From IMG/VR virus record IMGVR_UViG_3300015371_000019: a stretch of 64,000 bases of DNA; one strand, written 5' to 3'. This stretch comes from an uncultured virus (IMG/VR IMGVR_UViG_3300015371_000019) (taxonomy: Duplodnaviria > Heunggongvirae > Uroviricota > Caudoviricetes). Below the pieces are notes generated by a model, which ran no database searches, was not told the origin of the DNA, and saw only the letters and a program-made list of their open reading frames with translations. Below are positions 28,459 through 37,188 of the stretch, piece after piece. Position 1 is the first letter of the stretch. The number at the start of each line of letters is the position of its first letter. The translations under genes were made by a program, and so were the position numbers.

Positions 28459-29235
28459 TCATGCTCCTCCATTATTCATTCGGATCCATCCTTCCGGGAC
28501 TACATCCTTCGTGTTATGTCCGCCCCAACCCGGGACGAACCAAAGCCGGGGTATGACGACCCGCTTGTTCGGGTTTTGGTTCAGCCAAGCGCCCCACCAA
28601 GAGTAGGTGGAGGCGGAGCAGATTTGATGCTCGCACCAGGACATCTCCACGAGGTCCCGCACCTCGTCGTGTCCCATGGAGAAGGAACAATCCTTCCGCT
28701 TCCCGAACACCTTCCGGCACCATCCGATATCATCCGAGAAGAAGATGAACCGGTGGCCGGGGAATTGTTCCATCGCCTTCTCCATCCACTCCGCCCCTAC
28801 GGGAGGGTGCTTTTGCCTCCACTTGAGGTAGTCGCCCCGGCGGACGTGGACCGAGACCGTCCCCGGCATGGAAGTCCACTCAAACCCGAACAGCTTGAGG
28901 ATGTCCGCCCGGAACTCTTTGAAATACTTCTCCGACTGCCAGTAACCCTCGAGGATGATAGTCCGGCCGTCCTTCCACTCCTCTTGGAAAGGGATCTCGT
29001 GATAGTGGAAGAACTGTTCCTTCACCGTCATCGACGGCATCATCGCGTCGAACTTAGGGTGGACGAGGTGACCTAAGTACACCGGGTCGCGACGGGGCTG
29101 GTAAGGATGGGCCGGGACCGTGAACTCTAACCCGTGGCGTTTCGCGTATCCGATAGTCGCCGCCACTTGGAACAGGTAGTTCCCCATCCGCCCGACGGTG
29201 AACGGGATGACGTAGGTGGGCATTCCTATGCTCAT
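28459..29235 (-). CDS. Alpha-1,2-fucosyltransferase-like (GT11)
   Basis: GRMGNYLFQ, GYWQSEKYF, HVRRGDY, FSDD, STYSWWGA. Confidence 0.9.
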   Translation of the reverse strand: MSIGMPTYVIPFTVGRMGNYLFQVAATIGYAKRHGLEFTVPAHPYQPRRDPVYLGHLVHPKFDAMMPSMTVKEQFFHYHEIPFQEEWKDGRTIILEGYWQSEKYFKEFRADILKLFGFEWTSMPGTVSVHVRRGDYLKWRQKHPPVGAEWMEKAMEQFPGHRFIFFSDDIGWCRKVFGKRKDCSFSMGHDEVRDLVEMSWCEHQICSASTYSWWGAWLNQNPNKRVVIPRLWFVPGWGGHNTKDVVPEGWIRMNNGGA

Positions 29236-29489
29236 GTGTCGTCGGTTCCTTCCTCCGGCGGGTCCGGCAACGGCGGATCAAACAGGATGACCTTCAAATC
29301 ACCCCCGAACACCTTCTTGGCTCCCTCCAACGCAAGTCCTTCCACCCCTCCGACGAGGAGGTGGGCCTCTACCGGGAACTTGGGTAGATTGTCGTTGAGG
29401 GCGTCAGCAAACACCTCCTCGTCGGACTTCCACTCGAAGCCCTGAGCGTCCCAACTCGCCGTCAAATCTTCGTATTCCACTATGAGCAT
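29232..29489 (-). CDS. Hypothetical acidic protein (possible immunity partner of the MuF C-terminal domain)
   Basis: Small ORF immediately downstream of MuF; function inferred from position only. Confidence 0.45.
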   Translation of the reverse strand: MLIVEYEDLTASWDAQGFEWKSDEEVFADALNDNLPKFPVEAHLLVGGVEGLALEGAKKVFGGDLKVILFDPPLPDPPEEGTDDT

Positions 29490-29503
29490 AGGTGTCCTAT
29501 TAT

Positions 29504-31768
29504 CTACTCTTTCAATCCTTTGAGAGTTTTCACGACCATGTTGAACCACTCCGGGTCGCCCTTGGCAAAGGCGGCCGCATCCTCCCAAAGCAGCTCCACC
29601 CCGACGGAGATGACCTCCGGGTAGTGCCCGTCAGGATAGATTCGGCCCGCATACGACCGCTGCCACCACTTATCCTTCTTGCCCTGGATCTTCTTCCCGA
29701 AACCTGGCAGGGCTTTCTTCACCTCACCCACCGTCCGCTTCTCGAAGAGTCGGTTCTGATCTTGCATGATCCGGGGAACCTTGTAGGAGATGTGATGTCC
29801 AAACTCGTGGGCGAAGGTCTTCGGCCACTCCGACTGTGGTTGGGAGAGGTTCATCTTCAACCGGTCGAGTGTACTATTGTACGTCCCGGCGGCGGACATC
29901 TTATTGTCAATCTCGATGGAGAGCCTACCGAGGGCTTCGAGCTCCTTCTTCGTGTAGGCGGACTTGGGCATCATCTTCAGTATATCCACCGCCGCATCCG
30001 TCGTCCGCTTCTCTAACACCCCGTAGCCTCCAATGGACTTAGAGAAGACGTTAGTCACCTCATGGGTCCCAAGGTTGTCGTCCTCGAACAATAACTTGCG
30101 CATGTCGGCCATCGGAATCTTGGACGCCTCGATCTTGTGGTACAGTTCAGCCGACTTTTTGTACAGCTCCTCCCTCTGATTGATGAGCGTTTTTCTCTCC
30201 GCCTCTAAGGCTATGAGATGGGCCGGATCGCCGGCCTGGGTAAAGTCCCGGTTGAGCTCCTTTAACAACTCCTTCCTGATCTGGTTGATCCTAACGGTTG
30301 TGGCAACGTTCTGCTTACTCACCGCCGCCCGCTCTGCCTCCAGAACACCGACCGGGGAGGTGGCTTGTGTCTCCAAGACATGCTGCCGATACTCCTCCGC
30401 CGTGGCGAACTTGGTCGTCCCGGTTCCCGGCTCGACCGTAGGCTCCGGTGTCTTCGCTGTCGGCTTCGGTGTCGCCGGCTTTGGGGGCTCTATTGGGGGC
30501 AAAGGGGCGGGACCCGGTGCCGGGCCCGGTGCCGGGCCCGGTGACGGGGCGATCTTGATTTGGCCTGCCCTCAACCGGGTTAGGAGCTCACCCGGAGCCA
30601 TAGACCCTTGCCCTAGGGACCCGGCTTTCAGCTGGATCCTCAACGTCTGATCGGCCACCTGGATACCCGCTTGTTGGAAGATCTCTTTCGCCTCCTTGAA
30701 GGTGACGCCTTGGGACCCTAGCCCGCGGACGACCGAGACGACGGAATGTCCCTCCAACATCGGGAGCTCGACCTCTCCCTTGAACGGTTTGCCTTTGCTT
30801 CTCGCCGACTTGCCCTTCCCGGCTTTGATTCTCTTAGCAGCCGCCTTCTTCTGGGCCTTAGTCGGCGTCGAAGGGATCCAGGAGCAACGACAATTCGGGT
30901 GCTTGGGAATCATCCCTCTCGCCTCTTCCACCGTGAAGACCTGGCCCTCTAGGGCGGCACAGATGGAGCAAACCCGGTCGTCGCCGGCCGTGCTCCACTC
31001 CGCCATCACCCCTAGCTCGTCCACTCCGAGCTCGTCGAAGGCGTCGAGCTGACCCTCCGCATGGGCCGAGATGACCTCCGTCCTCGCAATGAGTAGGGCC
31101 CTCGCCTTCGTCAAGGACTTGATCTGGTCGGACATCTCTTTGGCGATTGCGGCGGGTCCCTTCCCGTCAATGAGTCCCTGGGCGAGGATCCGGTTCATCT
31201 TCTGGGCCGCCGTCGCCGACACTCCCTTCAGATCCTCCAAGGCCCGGGTAGCGATCAGCTGAACCTTGGACTTGGCCTCCGGTTGGCCGAAGGCAGTCTT
31301 GAGGAAGGACTCCTTCGTCTGCCCTCCGACCGCCCCGCCCCTCGAGGCGGAATCGTAGGCATTGATCAATCCCCGCTTGTAGGCCGACTCTATGTACTTC
31401 CCGGTCCAGGGACCGTGGGACATGGAGGGAGGATTGGAGATAACGTTGGCTTCGATCTGCTGCTTGAGCCACTCGTTGAAGGCATCCAACTTCCCGGCGT
31501 CGGTCCTGAACTGGAAGTCCCGTTGGTGAAGAGTCAGCCGGGTCGTAAACGTCTTGAGCCCTAGCTGGTCGTCCTCCTCCAAGAACTTCCATACGGCATC
31601 GGAGAGCTTCCTGAACCTCCGGTTGATCTCGGCCTCGAAGGCCCGGCGGAGCTGAGTAGTCCTCGTCGGGTCCATCCTCACCGGGTTGGCATTCCTCACC
31701 AGGAGGTTATGCGTAGGCAACCGGTGGTAATGCCCGTTGTGGGCCCGATATCTTACGGAGTAGAGCAT
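29504..31768 (-). CDS. MuF/SPP1 gp7-like head morphogenesis protein with C-terminal HExxH domain
   Basis: IARTE, WSTAGDDRVC..C, P.HPNCRC; Pro linker; AHEFGH and EVIS.G.E. Confidence 0.85.
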   Translation of the reverse strand: MLYSVRYRAHNGHYHRLPTHNLLVRNANPVRMDPTRTTQLRRAFEAEINRRFRKLSDAVWKFLEEDDQLGLKTFTTRLTLHQRDFQFRTDAGKLDAFNEWLKQQIEANVISNPPSMSHGPWTGKYIESAYKRGLINAYDSASRGGAVGGQTKESFLKTAFGQPEAKSKVQLIATRALEDLKGVSATAAQKMNRILAQGLIDGKGPAAIAKEMSDQIKSLTKARALLIARTEVISAHAEGQLDAFDELGVDELGVMAEWSTAGDDRVCSICAALEGQVFTVEEARGMIPKHPNCRCSWIPSTPTKAQKKAAAKRIKAGKGKSARSKGKPFKGEVELPMLEGHSVVSVVRGLGSQGVTFKEAKEIFQQAGIQVADQTLRIQLKAGSLGQGSMAPGELLTRLRAGQIKIAPSPGPAPGPAPGPAPLPPIEPPKPATPKPTAKTPEPTVEPGTGTTKFATAEEYRQHVLETQATSPVGVLEAERAAVSKQNVATTVRINQIRKELLKELNRDFTQAGDPAHLIALEAERKTLINQREELYKKSAELYHKIEASKIPMADMRKLLFEDDNLGTHEVTNVFSKSIGGYGVLEKRTTDAAVDILKMMPKSAYTKKELEALGRLSIEIDNKMSAAGTYNSTLDRLKMNLSQPQSEWPKTFAHEFGHHISYKVPRIMQDQNRLFEKRTVGEVKKALPGFGKKIQGKKDKWWQRSYAGRIYPDGHYPEVISVGVELLWEDAAAFAKGDPEWFNMVVKTLKGLKE

Positions 31769-31769
31769 A

Positions 31770-33266
31770 CTACTCCCGGGCCGCGGGCGCCCCCGCCCCG
31801 TTCCGGCCGGCCGCGGCCGTTGCTTGGGCTTGAGCGGCCGCGGCTTGTTGGTCCCGGCGATCCTGTAAGGCCGCCGCTACCCCGTCCTCCTCTGCAAGCC
31901 CGCTCGTCACCTCGTCGATGATGGACCGGGCTTCCTCCTCCTCGAGCCCTAGGATCAACGTCAGGTAGTGGAACGGCGGGACGATAATATCAGACCCCGA
32001 TTGGATGTACTTGGAGAGGGCGTCGGACTTCTTCTGGGCGACCTCGGCCTTGTCCTTATCCCCGAGGGTGTTGAGATCCGGCCAGTCCACACATAGCTCC
32101 TCCGGCTCAGGAAGGACACCGAGGGCGACGAGCCGGTCGATGGTCGGCACAATGACAAAGGGATTCAAATACTTGCATCGCCTCCGGTTCAACCGTCGGT
32201 TCCAGCTCTTGGAATCCTGCTCGGAAGCCAGCTGTGCCGCCTCCGACCCGATGAATACCCGCCACGGAACGCCCATCGCCACGGCAATGAGCTTGAGTTG
32301 GACTTCCAGGTGCGGGCCGGGATCGGCGACCTGAGTAGTCAAAGACTTGGCACTCATCCCGACGGTGGCAAGATAACGCTGGAGGCCGTTCATGTAGGAC
32401 TCGAGTTGTTGCTTGGTCGCGGCCGCATCGAACTCCACCGTCTCGTCCACGCCCGGGGAGGATTCCAACGAGATGCCAGGGAACCCGCCTTTCCAGAACA
32501 TCTCCCCGCTCCCGCCGGCGATCTTCTTGATGTCGAGGAGGCGGTTGAACACGACCTCCATCCTCGGCACTCCTATGATCTCGCTACACATCCGGTTGTC
32601 GGCCACGTGAATCACCCGGGACCAATGGATCAACTGTTTGCTGGTGATAGACGAGGCCCCGGTGCTCGTAATGTCCTCGAAGGTGATTTCGTAGAGGGTA
32701 GGGTGGCCGAACCGGGGGCTGGCCGTGTTCGTCTCCAACTCTTTGATGCAAACCAGCGACTCGTCGAAGGCCCGGAGGAAGAGGAGCTCCTGTTCCCGGC
32801 TTCCTTCCGTCTTCTCCCCGGTCAGCGGGTTGACGCCCGGTGCGGGTTGATCCAGCCGGGCACCGTCCCCTAGGCCGAGGAGGAGGATCCCGTAGTGGCC
32901 GATCCCGCTCAGGACATCTACCCGCTCCAACATGGAGAGAACCTGGAGTTGATCCTCCAGCTCGCCCCACGCTTCCTCAAACTCGGTTTCGGTTTCATCC
33001 TCCGTCTCATACACATCCGGGGTGTCCGACCAGCTCTCTTCCGGGAGGAGGGTGACGACCCGCTTGGCGATATCACCCCGGAGGAAAGCCCGTTTGAACT
33101 CGAGGGTATCGACACACTCCGGGTGTCCGCATTCCTGGTCAATGTTCCGGCGAGGATCCAATTGCCTCCGGAGCCAGAGCTGCCGCTCCATCAGGAAATT
33201 GGTTGTCAGTAGTCTATTGAACACCGGCATTCCCGCCGCCGATTTAGTCGTAGAAACTGTTTTCAC
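31770..33266 (-). CDS. Portal protein (DUF1073-like)
   Basis: IHWSRVIH, GSGEMFW, G.P.R...G, position between terminase and MuF; GTG start inferred. Confidence 0.85.
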   Translation of the reverse strand: MKTVSTTKSAAGMPVFNRLLTTNFLMERQLWLRRQLDPRRNIDQECGHPECVDTLEFKRAFLRGDIAKRVVTLLPEESWSDTPDVYETEDETETEFEEAWGELEDQLQVLSMLERVDVLSGIGHYGILLLGLGDGARLDQPAPGVNPLTGEKTEGSREQELLFLRAFDESLVCIKELETNTASPRFGHPTLYEITFEDITSTGASSITSKQLIHWSRVIHVADNRMCSEIIGVPRMEVVFNRLLDIKKIAGGSGEMFWKGGFPGISLESSPGVDETVEFDAAATKQQLESYMNGLQRYLATVGMSAKSLTTQVADPGPHLEVQLKLIAVAMGVPWRVFIGSEAAQLASEQDSKSWNRRLNRRRCKYLNPFVIVPTIDRLVALGVLPEPEELCVDWPDLNTLGDKDKAEVAQKKSDALSKYIQSGSDIIVPPFHYLTLILGLEEEEARSIIDEVTSGLAEEDGVAAALQDRRDQQAAAAQAQATAAAGRNGAGAPAARE

Positions 33267-33314
33267 GGTTCCTACTTTACGGCCCCACCGGGACGGAAAG
33301 CAAAAGGAAAAGAA

Positions 33315-33443
33315 TGCCACCGCCGTTCCCCTCCACTAGGAGGGAGCCAGGCCAGGATAGTCCGTAGTAGCCGCTCCGTCGAACTTAGTCGTATGACACG
33401 ACGGAGCAACCAACCTATCCTGGGGATTGGCCCGGCGGTGGCA
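33315..33443 (-). ncRNA. Candidate structured RNA A (three-way junction)
   Basis: 11-bp closing stem, long interrupted hairpin, CCCTCC-N4-GGAGGG hairpin; intergenic. Confidence 0.6.
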
Positions 33444-33446
33444 AAG

Positions 33447-33785
33447 TTAGAATTGGTTGCCCTCCTTCGTCGCCGCATCGTTCCTACGAGCCTCCAAGGC
33501 TTCGGCCCGCCTCTTCTCCCGCCACCGAGCCACCCGGAGGAGGATGAAGTAGCCCGTCAAGTCGAGCTCGGTGTCCTCGTTAAAGGTGAGGTTCCCCTGC
33601 ATGATCCGGTTCAGCTTGTCGTCGATGCGGACCTTAATGCCTTCCACCGCATCGAGCTTGGACATGATCCTCGTCGGGTCGAGGGCCGAGTTCCCGTAGG
33701 CCTCGTTCTTCTTGATGAGCATGTCCGCGATCTCGTCGCAGGCCTTCCTAATGTCGATTGCCGATTGTTGTAGTTGTGTGTTCAT
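33447..33785 (-). CDS. DUF1599-like nucleotide-modification-associated protein
   Basis: KNEAYGNS, VRIDDKLNRI, EDT..DL.GY. Confidence 0.75.
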   Translation of the reverse strand: MNTQLQQSAIDIRKACDEIADMLIKKNEAYGNSALDPTRIMSKLDAVEGIKVRIDDKLNRIMQGNLTFNEDTELDLTGYFILLRVARWREKRRAEALEARRNDAATKEGNQF

Positions 33786-33786
33786 G

Positions 33787-34068
33787 TTATCCCTTTCCGT
33801 ATCGTTCAGCTAAGTAGGTTGCAAACTCCTTTAACCCTTTCCGTATCTTCCAAAAAGCCACCCGCTCCAACTGGTGGACCCGTGACTTGTCAATACCCAT
33901 TATCTCCGCGACCTCCTTCATAGTCCGGATCGCCATCATCCCGCGGGGCTGGCTGAAGTTCTGCCCATGTGGTTCGTCGGGTAGCCGTTTGATCTTCCGT
34001 CGGAGGTTGGCGGCGGTCCGCTCCGGGTAGTAGTATCTTTTCTTGACTTTCGGTTTCGGATCTTCCAT
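33787..34068 (-). CDS. Sigma70 region-4-like HTH protein (2)
   Basis: TMKEVAEIMGIDKSRVHQLERVAFWKIR. Confidence 0.7.
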   Translation of the reverse strand: MEDPKPKVKKRYYYPERTAANLRRKIKRLPDEPHGQNFSQPRGMMAIRTMKEVAEIMGIDKSRVHQLERVAFWKIRKGLKEFATYLAERYGKG

Positions 34069-34250
34069 AGGAGGTTGCGTTCGATCTGTTGGACCCGTTG
34101 CCGGGTGATCCCTAACACTTCCGCCACCTCGTCGTGGGTTAGGATCGTCACCATCGCGAGGGCCTTTGTACTGTGGGCCCGGAGCTCTCCGGGTTGGAGC
34201 CGCCACCTCTCCCGCCGGCGTTGTAGGGCCCGTTGTACATGAGGCTTCAT
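33936..34250 (-). CDS. Sigma70 region-4-like HTH protein (1)
   Basis: THDEVAEVLGITRQRVQQIERNLLWKIR. Confidence 0.65.
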   Translation of the reverse strand: MKPHVQRALQRRRERWRLQPGELRAHSTKALAMVTILTHDEVAEVLGITRQRVQQIERNLLWKIRNRKSRKDTTTRSGPPPTSDGRSNGYPTNHMGRTSASPAG

Positions 34251-34262
34251 TTCCTAATTATC

Positions 34263-34384
34263 TCCCGCCGCCCACTCCAATCGGAGGCCGGGGCTGGGAG
34301 ACACCCGCTCGAGGAGGAAACAAACGACGGAGTAGTAAACCCCTCGAGGCGGAAAACCAGCCTGATCCGGTAAAGGCGGCGGGA
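34263..34384 (-). ncRNA. Candidate structured RNA B (same architecture as A)
   Basis: 10-bp closing stem, long interrupted hairpin, CTCC-N4-GGAG hairpin; intergenic. Confidence 0.6.
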
Positions 34385-34390
34385 AAGTGT

Positions 34391-35212
34391 TCATACTGCT
34401 ATCGGCGCCTTGATCGCCGGGTGCGGATCGTAGTCGGAGATGGTGAAGTCCGTGAGGGAGAAGCCATCTATGTTCTTCACCCGCGGATTCAGGACGACCC
34501 GCGGGAGAGGACGGGGCTCACGAGTCAGCTGCTCCGCCACCTGAGCGAAATGGTTCTTGTAGATGTGGAGGTCGCCGAAGCTAATGATCAGCTCGCCGGC
34601 CTTCAGCCCGGTAACCTGCGCCAGCATCATTGTCAGGAAGGCATAGGAGGCGATGTTGAACGGGAGGCCGAGGAACGAGTCGATACTGCGGGCGTAGAGG
34701 TGGAGGTTCAGGAAACCCTCACTCACCTGACATTGCCAAAGGGTGTGGCAGGGAGGCAGCTTCATCCTGGGCACGTCCACTGGGTTCCAGGCGGAGACGA
34801 TGTGGCGCCGGCTGAACGGGTTCTTCACGAGGTCGGAAACGAGGTTGGCTATCTGGTCGATCTCGTTTCGCTCATACATGAAGTGTTCGCCCATGTTGTC
34901 GAACTTCTCCCAATGTCTCCACTGCTTGCCATACACCGGGCCCAGGTCCCCGTCTTTGTCGGCCCACTCGTCCCAAATCGTGACACCGAAGTCGTGGAGG
35001 AACTTGATGTTGGTGTCGCCCCGGAGGAACCACAGCAGCTCCACGATGATGGACTTGGTGTGGATCTTCTTAGTCGTGAGCAACGGGAAGCCGTCCTGTA
35101 GGTGGTGGCGGAATTGGTAACCGAACACGGCCCGCGTTCCCACGCCGGTCCGGTCTTCCCGGTCCTTCCCGTGGGCGATTACGTGATGGAGTAGGTCTAG
35201 GTATTGTTTCAT
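34391..35212 (-). CDS. thyA: Thymidylate synthase
   Basis: [42 protein letters not shown]. Confidence 0.97.
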   Translation of the reverse strand: MKQYLDLLHHVIAHGKDREDRTGVGTRAVFGYQFRHHLQDGFPLLTTKKIHTKSIIVELLWFLRGDTNIKFLHDFGVTIWDEWADKDGDLGPVYGKQWRHWEKFDNMGEHFMYERNEIDQIANLVSDLVKNPFSRRHIVSAWNPVDVPRMKLPPCHTLWQCQVSEGFLNLHLYARSIDSFLGLPFNIASYAFLTMMLAQVTGLKAGELIISFGDLHIYKNHFAQVAEQLTREPRPLPRVVLNPRVKNIDGFSLTDFTISDYDPHPAIKAPIAV

Positions 35213-35412
35213 ATAGGTTTGACTACTGGGGCCGCCTCGAACAGGCAGCAACTAAAATCCGCCGCGGTGACGAGGTGGGAATCGCCGATGTCTCCTTCGA
35301 TTACGACCGCCTTGTTGTCCGACGTGGCGCCGACGGCGGTGATCCTAAGACACCGGCCTACGTCGCCCTCCCGGGAAGGCTTCCAATGTTTACATCCACA
35401 GCAAGAGTTCAT
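35209..35412 (-). CDS. Small Cys-rich protein
   Basis: C..C.HW...C...F.C..F; coupled overlaps. Confidence 0.55.
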   Translation of the reverse strand: MNSCCGCKHWKPSREGDVGRCLRITAVGATSDNKAVVIEGDIGDSHLVTAADFSCCLFEAAPVVKPI

Positions 35413-35690
35413 AGTTCCTCCGACCGCGTGCCGTTGACGATTTGTTGTGGCCCGAAGTCGGCCGACTTCACCTCCGGCTGGACCCGCTTCTCCGCCCGCT
35501 CGACGGCCCGGGCCCTCTTGTCCACTTGGACGAAGTCCCGCTCAATCTCCCGGAGGAGAGCCAACCGCCTCTGCAGCTCGGTCACTTCCCTTTGCTTGGC
35601 AGCTATCATCTCACAACAAACCGCAATCGCCCGGTCCAGGCGATCAACCTTCGGACCCGGCCCATCTTGTTCATCAGTCGGTGTATTCAT
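35409..35690 (-). CDS. Hypothetical coiled-coil protein
   Basis: AGGAGG SD; coupled overlap. Confidence 0.55.
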   Translation of the reverse strand: MNTPTDEQDGPGPKVDRLDRAIAVCCEMIAAKQREVTELQRRLALLREIERDFVQVDKRARAVERAEKRVQPEVKSADFGPQQIVNGTRSEEL

Positions 35691-35706
35691 ACCCCATTAT
35701 CTCCTC

Positions 35707-37182
35707 CTACCATAAGGCCCCGGCTTTCTTCCTCTTCTTGGCTAGGAAGTTGAAGGCCCCGCTCGAGGCGTCCACTTGGTCCGAGTATTTGGAATTGGGG
35801 AAGAAGCGGAGCTCCTCCACGTAGTCCCGGGTCCAATCCCGGTTGAGGACCCAGACGTTCCCCGACCCGACTTGGGAGGCGAAGGGATAAGCCCGGCTGA
35901 CCTTATCTCCGGTGGGATGGAAGGCATGGACCCGGTAACCTTTGAGGTTCTTCGTGGTGGACTCCCCGGATTCCTTTCCGCCGGATCCTCCCTCTATTTC
36001 GAGGACGACCGGGACCTCGTCGCCATCCATCTCGGCGGCAGACCGGATCTCTTCTTCTCTCCGGGTTGCTCCCCACCTATCCCGAATGACGTCTAGAATA
36101 CCCCATTGGCCGGCGGAGTCCTCGGCCATCAGGAGGCCGACGGTGTACTTCCCCGCCCCTTCCGTCCCCGCCTTATCCCAGCTGCGGACGGTGCGGACTA
36201 TCCTACGAGGGGGCTGGTCGCAGAACTGAAACTTGTTTACCATAAACATGGCCCCGGCCAAGGGAACCGGGGTCTGGAGGATTTGGGAGCTGTAACCGTA
36301 GATTCCTAGTTCCGACTCGAGGGCTTTTAAGGACTCCCGGTCTAGGCGGATCGGGTCGAATAGGCCGTCCACATACCTGTCCCGTAACTCCGGCGGGGAG
36401 ACGACGACAGCGTCCGGATCATTCCCCAATTCCCCCGGTAGGCATATATGCCGGATTCCTACTCCTTTGCTCTTTTCAAGTTGTTCACCCGAGGGGTCGG
36501 CCTGGTGCAGACGTTGTTGTACCAGGATCGTTACTGTCACCTTCTTGTCAATCTTTCTGGTCGGCAGTGTCGTTGTCATCCACCGATTAGCGACCTTCAA
36601 GTCCGCCTCGCTGTAGGCCTGCTCCGGGTTGATCGGGTCGTCCACAATTAAGAAGTGGCCGTGGAGGCCGGCGGCCGCCCCGCCTATCCCTACCGACAGT
36701 CGGGATCCTCCCTTAGTGTTAATGTAAAGGCCTTTCGTATTTTGATCTTCGCGGAGTCCGATGCCGGGGAAACACTTCTTGTACTTTTCGGATTCCACAA
36801 GATCCCGTGAGCGGATCGCATCCCGGAGGGCGAGGACTTGGCCGTAGGAGGCGCAAATGAACTTGGCGTCCGGCTTGCGGGTCCAAGCCCAAGCGGGGAA
36901 CATTTGGGAGAAGATGGTGGACTTGGTAGAGGCCGGGGAGATGTTGACTATGAGGTCGTATTCCTTTGGCTCCCCTTTGAAAACCCGCTCGGCCACTTGT
37001 TGGAGCTCGTTGGCCAAGTATTCGATGTGCCAATTGAGGATCGGCGGGTCCTGGATGATCGTGTCCCAGAACTCCTTGATGAACTCGAAGAAGGACTCCC
37101 GGCAGATGGACGCCACCATCTTGGTTTCGGTCCACCGGGCCGGGATGGGAGGTTGCTTTTGCTGCCAAGGAGCTAGGGGCAT
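35707..37182 (-). CDS. terL: Terminase large subunit
   Basis: NISPASTKST, IVDDP, QRLH, SWD.A, FP...SDQVDA. Confidence 0.93.
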   Translation of the reverse strand: MPLAPWQQKQPPIPARWTETKMVASICRESFFEFIKEFWDTIIQDPPILNWHIEYLANELQQVAERVFKGEPKEYDLIVNISPASTKSTIFSQMFPAWAWTRKPDAKFICASYGQVLALRDAIRSRDLVESEKYKKCFPGIGLREDQNTKGLYINTKGGSRLSVGIGGAAAGLHGHFLIVDDPINPEQAYSEADLKVANRWMTTTLPTRKIDKKVTVTILVQQRLHQADPSGEQLEKSKGVGIRHICLPGELGNDPDAVVVSPPELRDRYVDGLFDPIRLDRESLKALESELGIYGYSSQILQTPVPLAGAMFMVNKFQFCDQPPRRIVRTVRSWDKAGTEGAGKYTVGLLMAEDSAGQWGILDVIRDRWGATRREEEIRSAAEMDGDEVPVVLEIEGGSGGKESGESTTKNLKGYRVHAFHPTGDKVSRAYPFASQVGSGNVWVLNRDWTRDYVEELRFFPNSKYSDQVDASSGAFNFLAKKRKKAGALW

Positions 37183-37188
37183 TCGTCT

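Noticed and set aside
30505..30545. 12-bp tandem repeat as a regulatory or contingency locus
   Set aside because: In-frame coding repeat for the GPAP linker of MuF.
31770..33266. Anti-CBASS Acb1 label often attached to DUF1073 proteins
   Set aside because: Size and position between terminase and MuF indicate the portal; no phosphoesterase HxT pair recognised.
33315..34384. 5S rRNA, SRP RNA, tRNA, hammerhead ribozyme or integron attC identity for the two structured elements
   Set aside because: Size and junction recall 5S, but conserved 5S loops, the SRP GGAA/AGCAG motif, T-loop GTTCRA with cloverleaf, CUGANGA core and RYYYAAC/GTTRRRY ends were not found.
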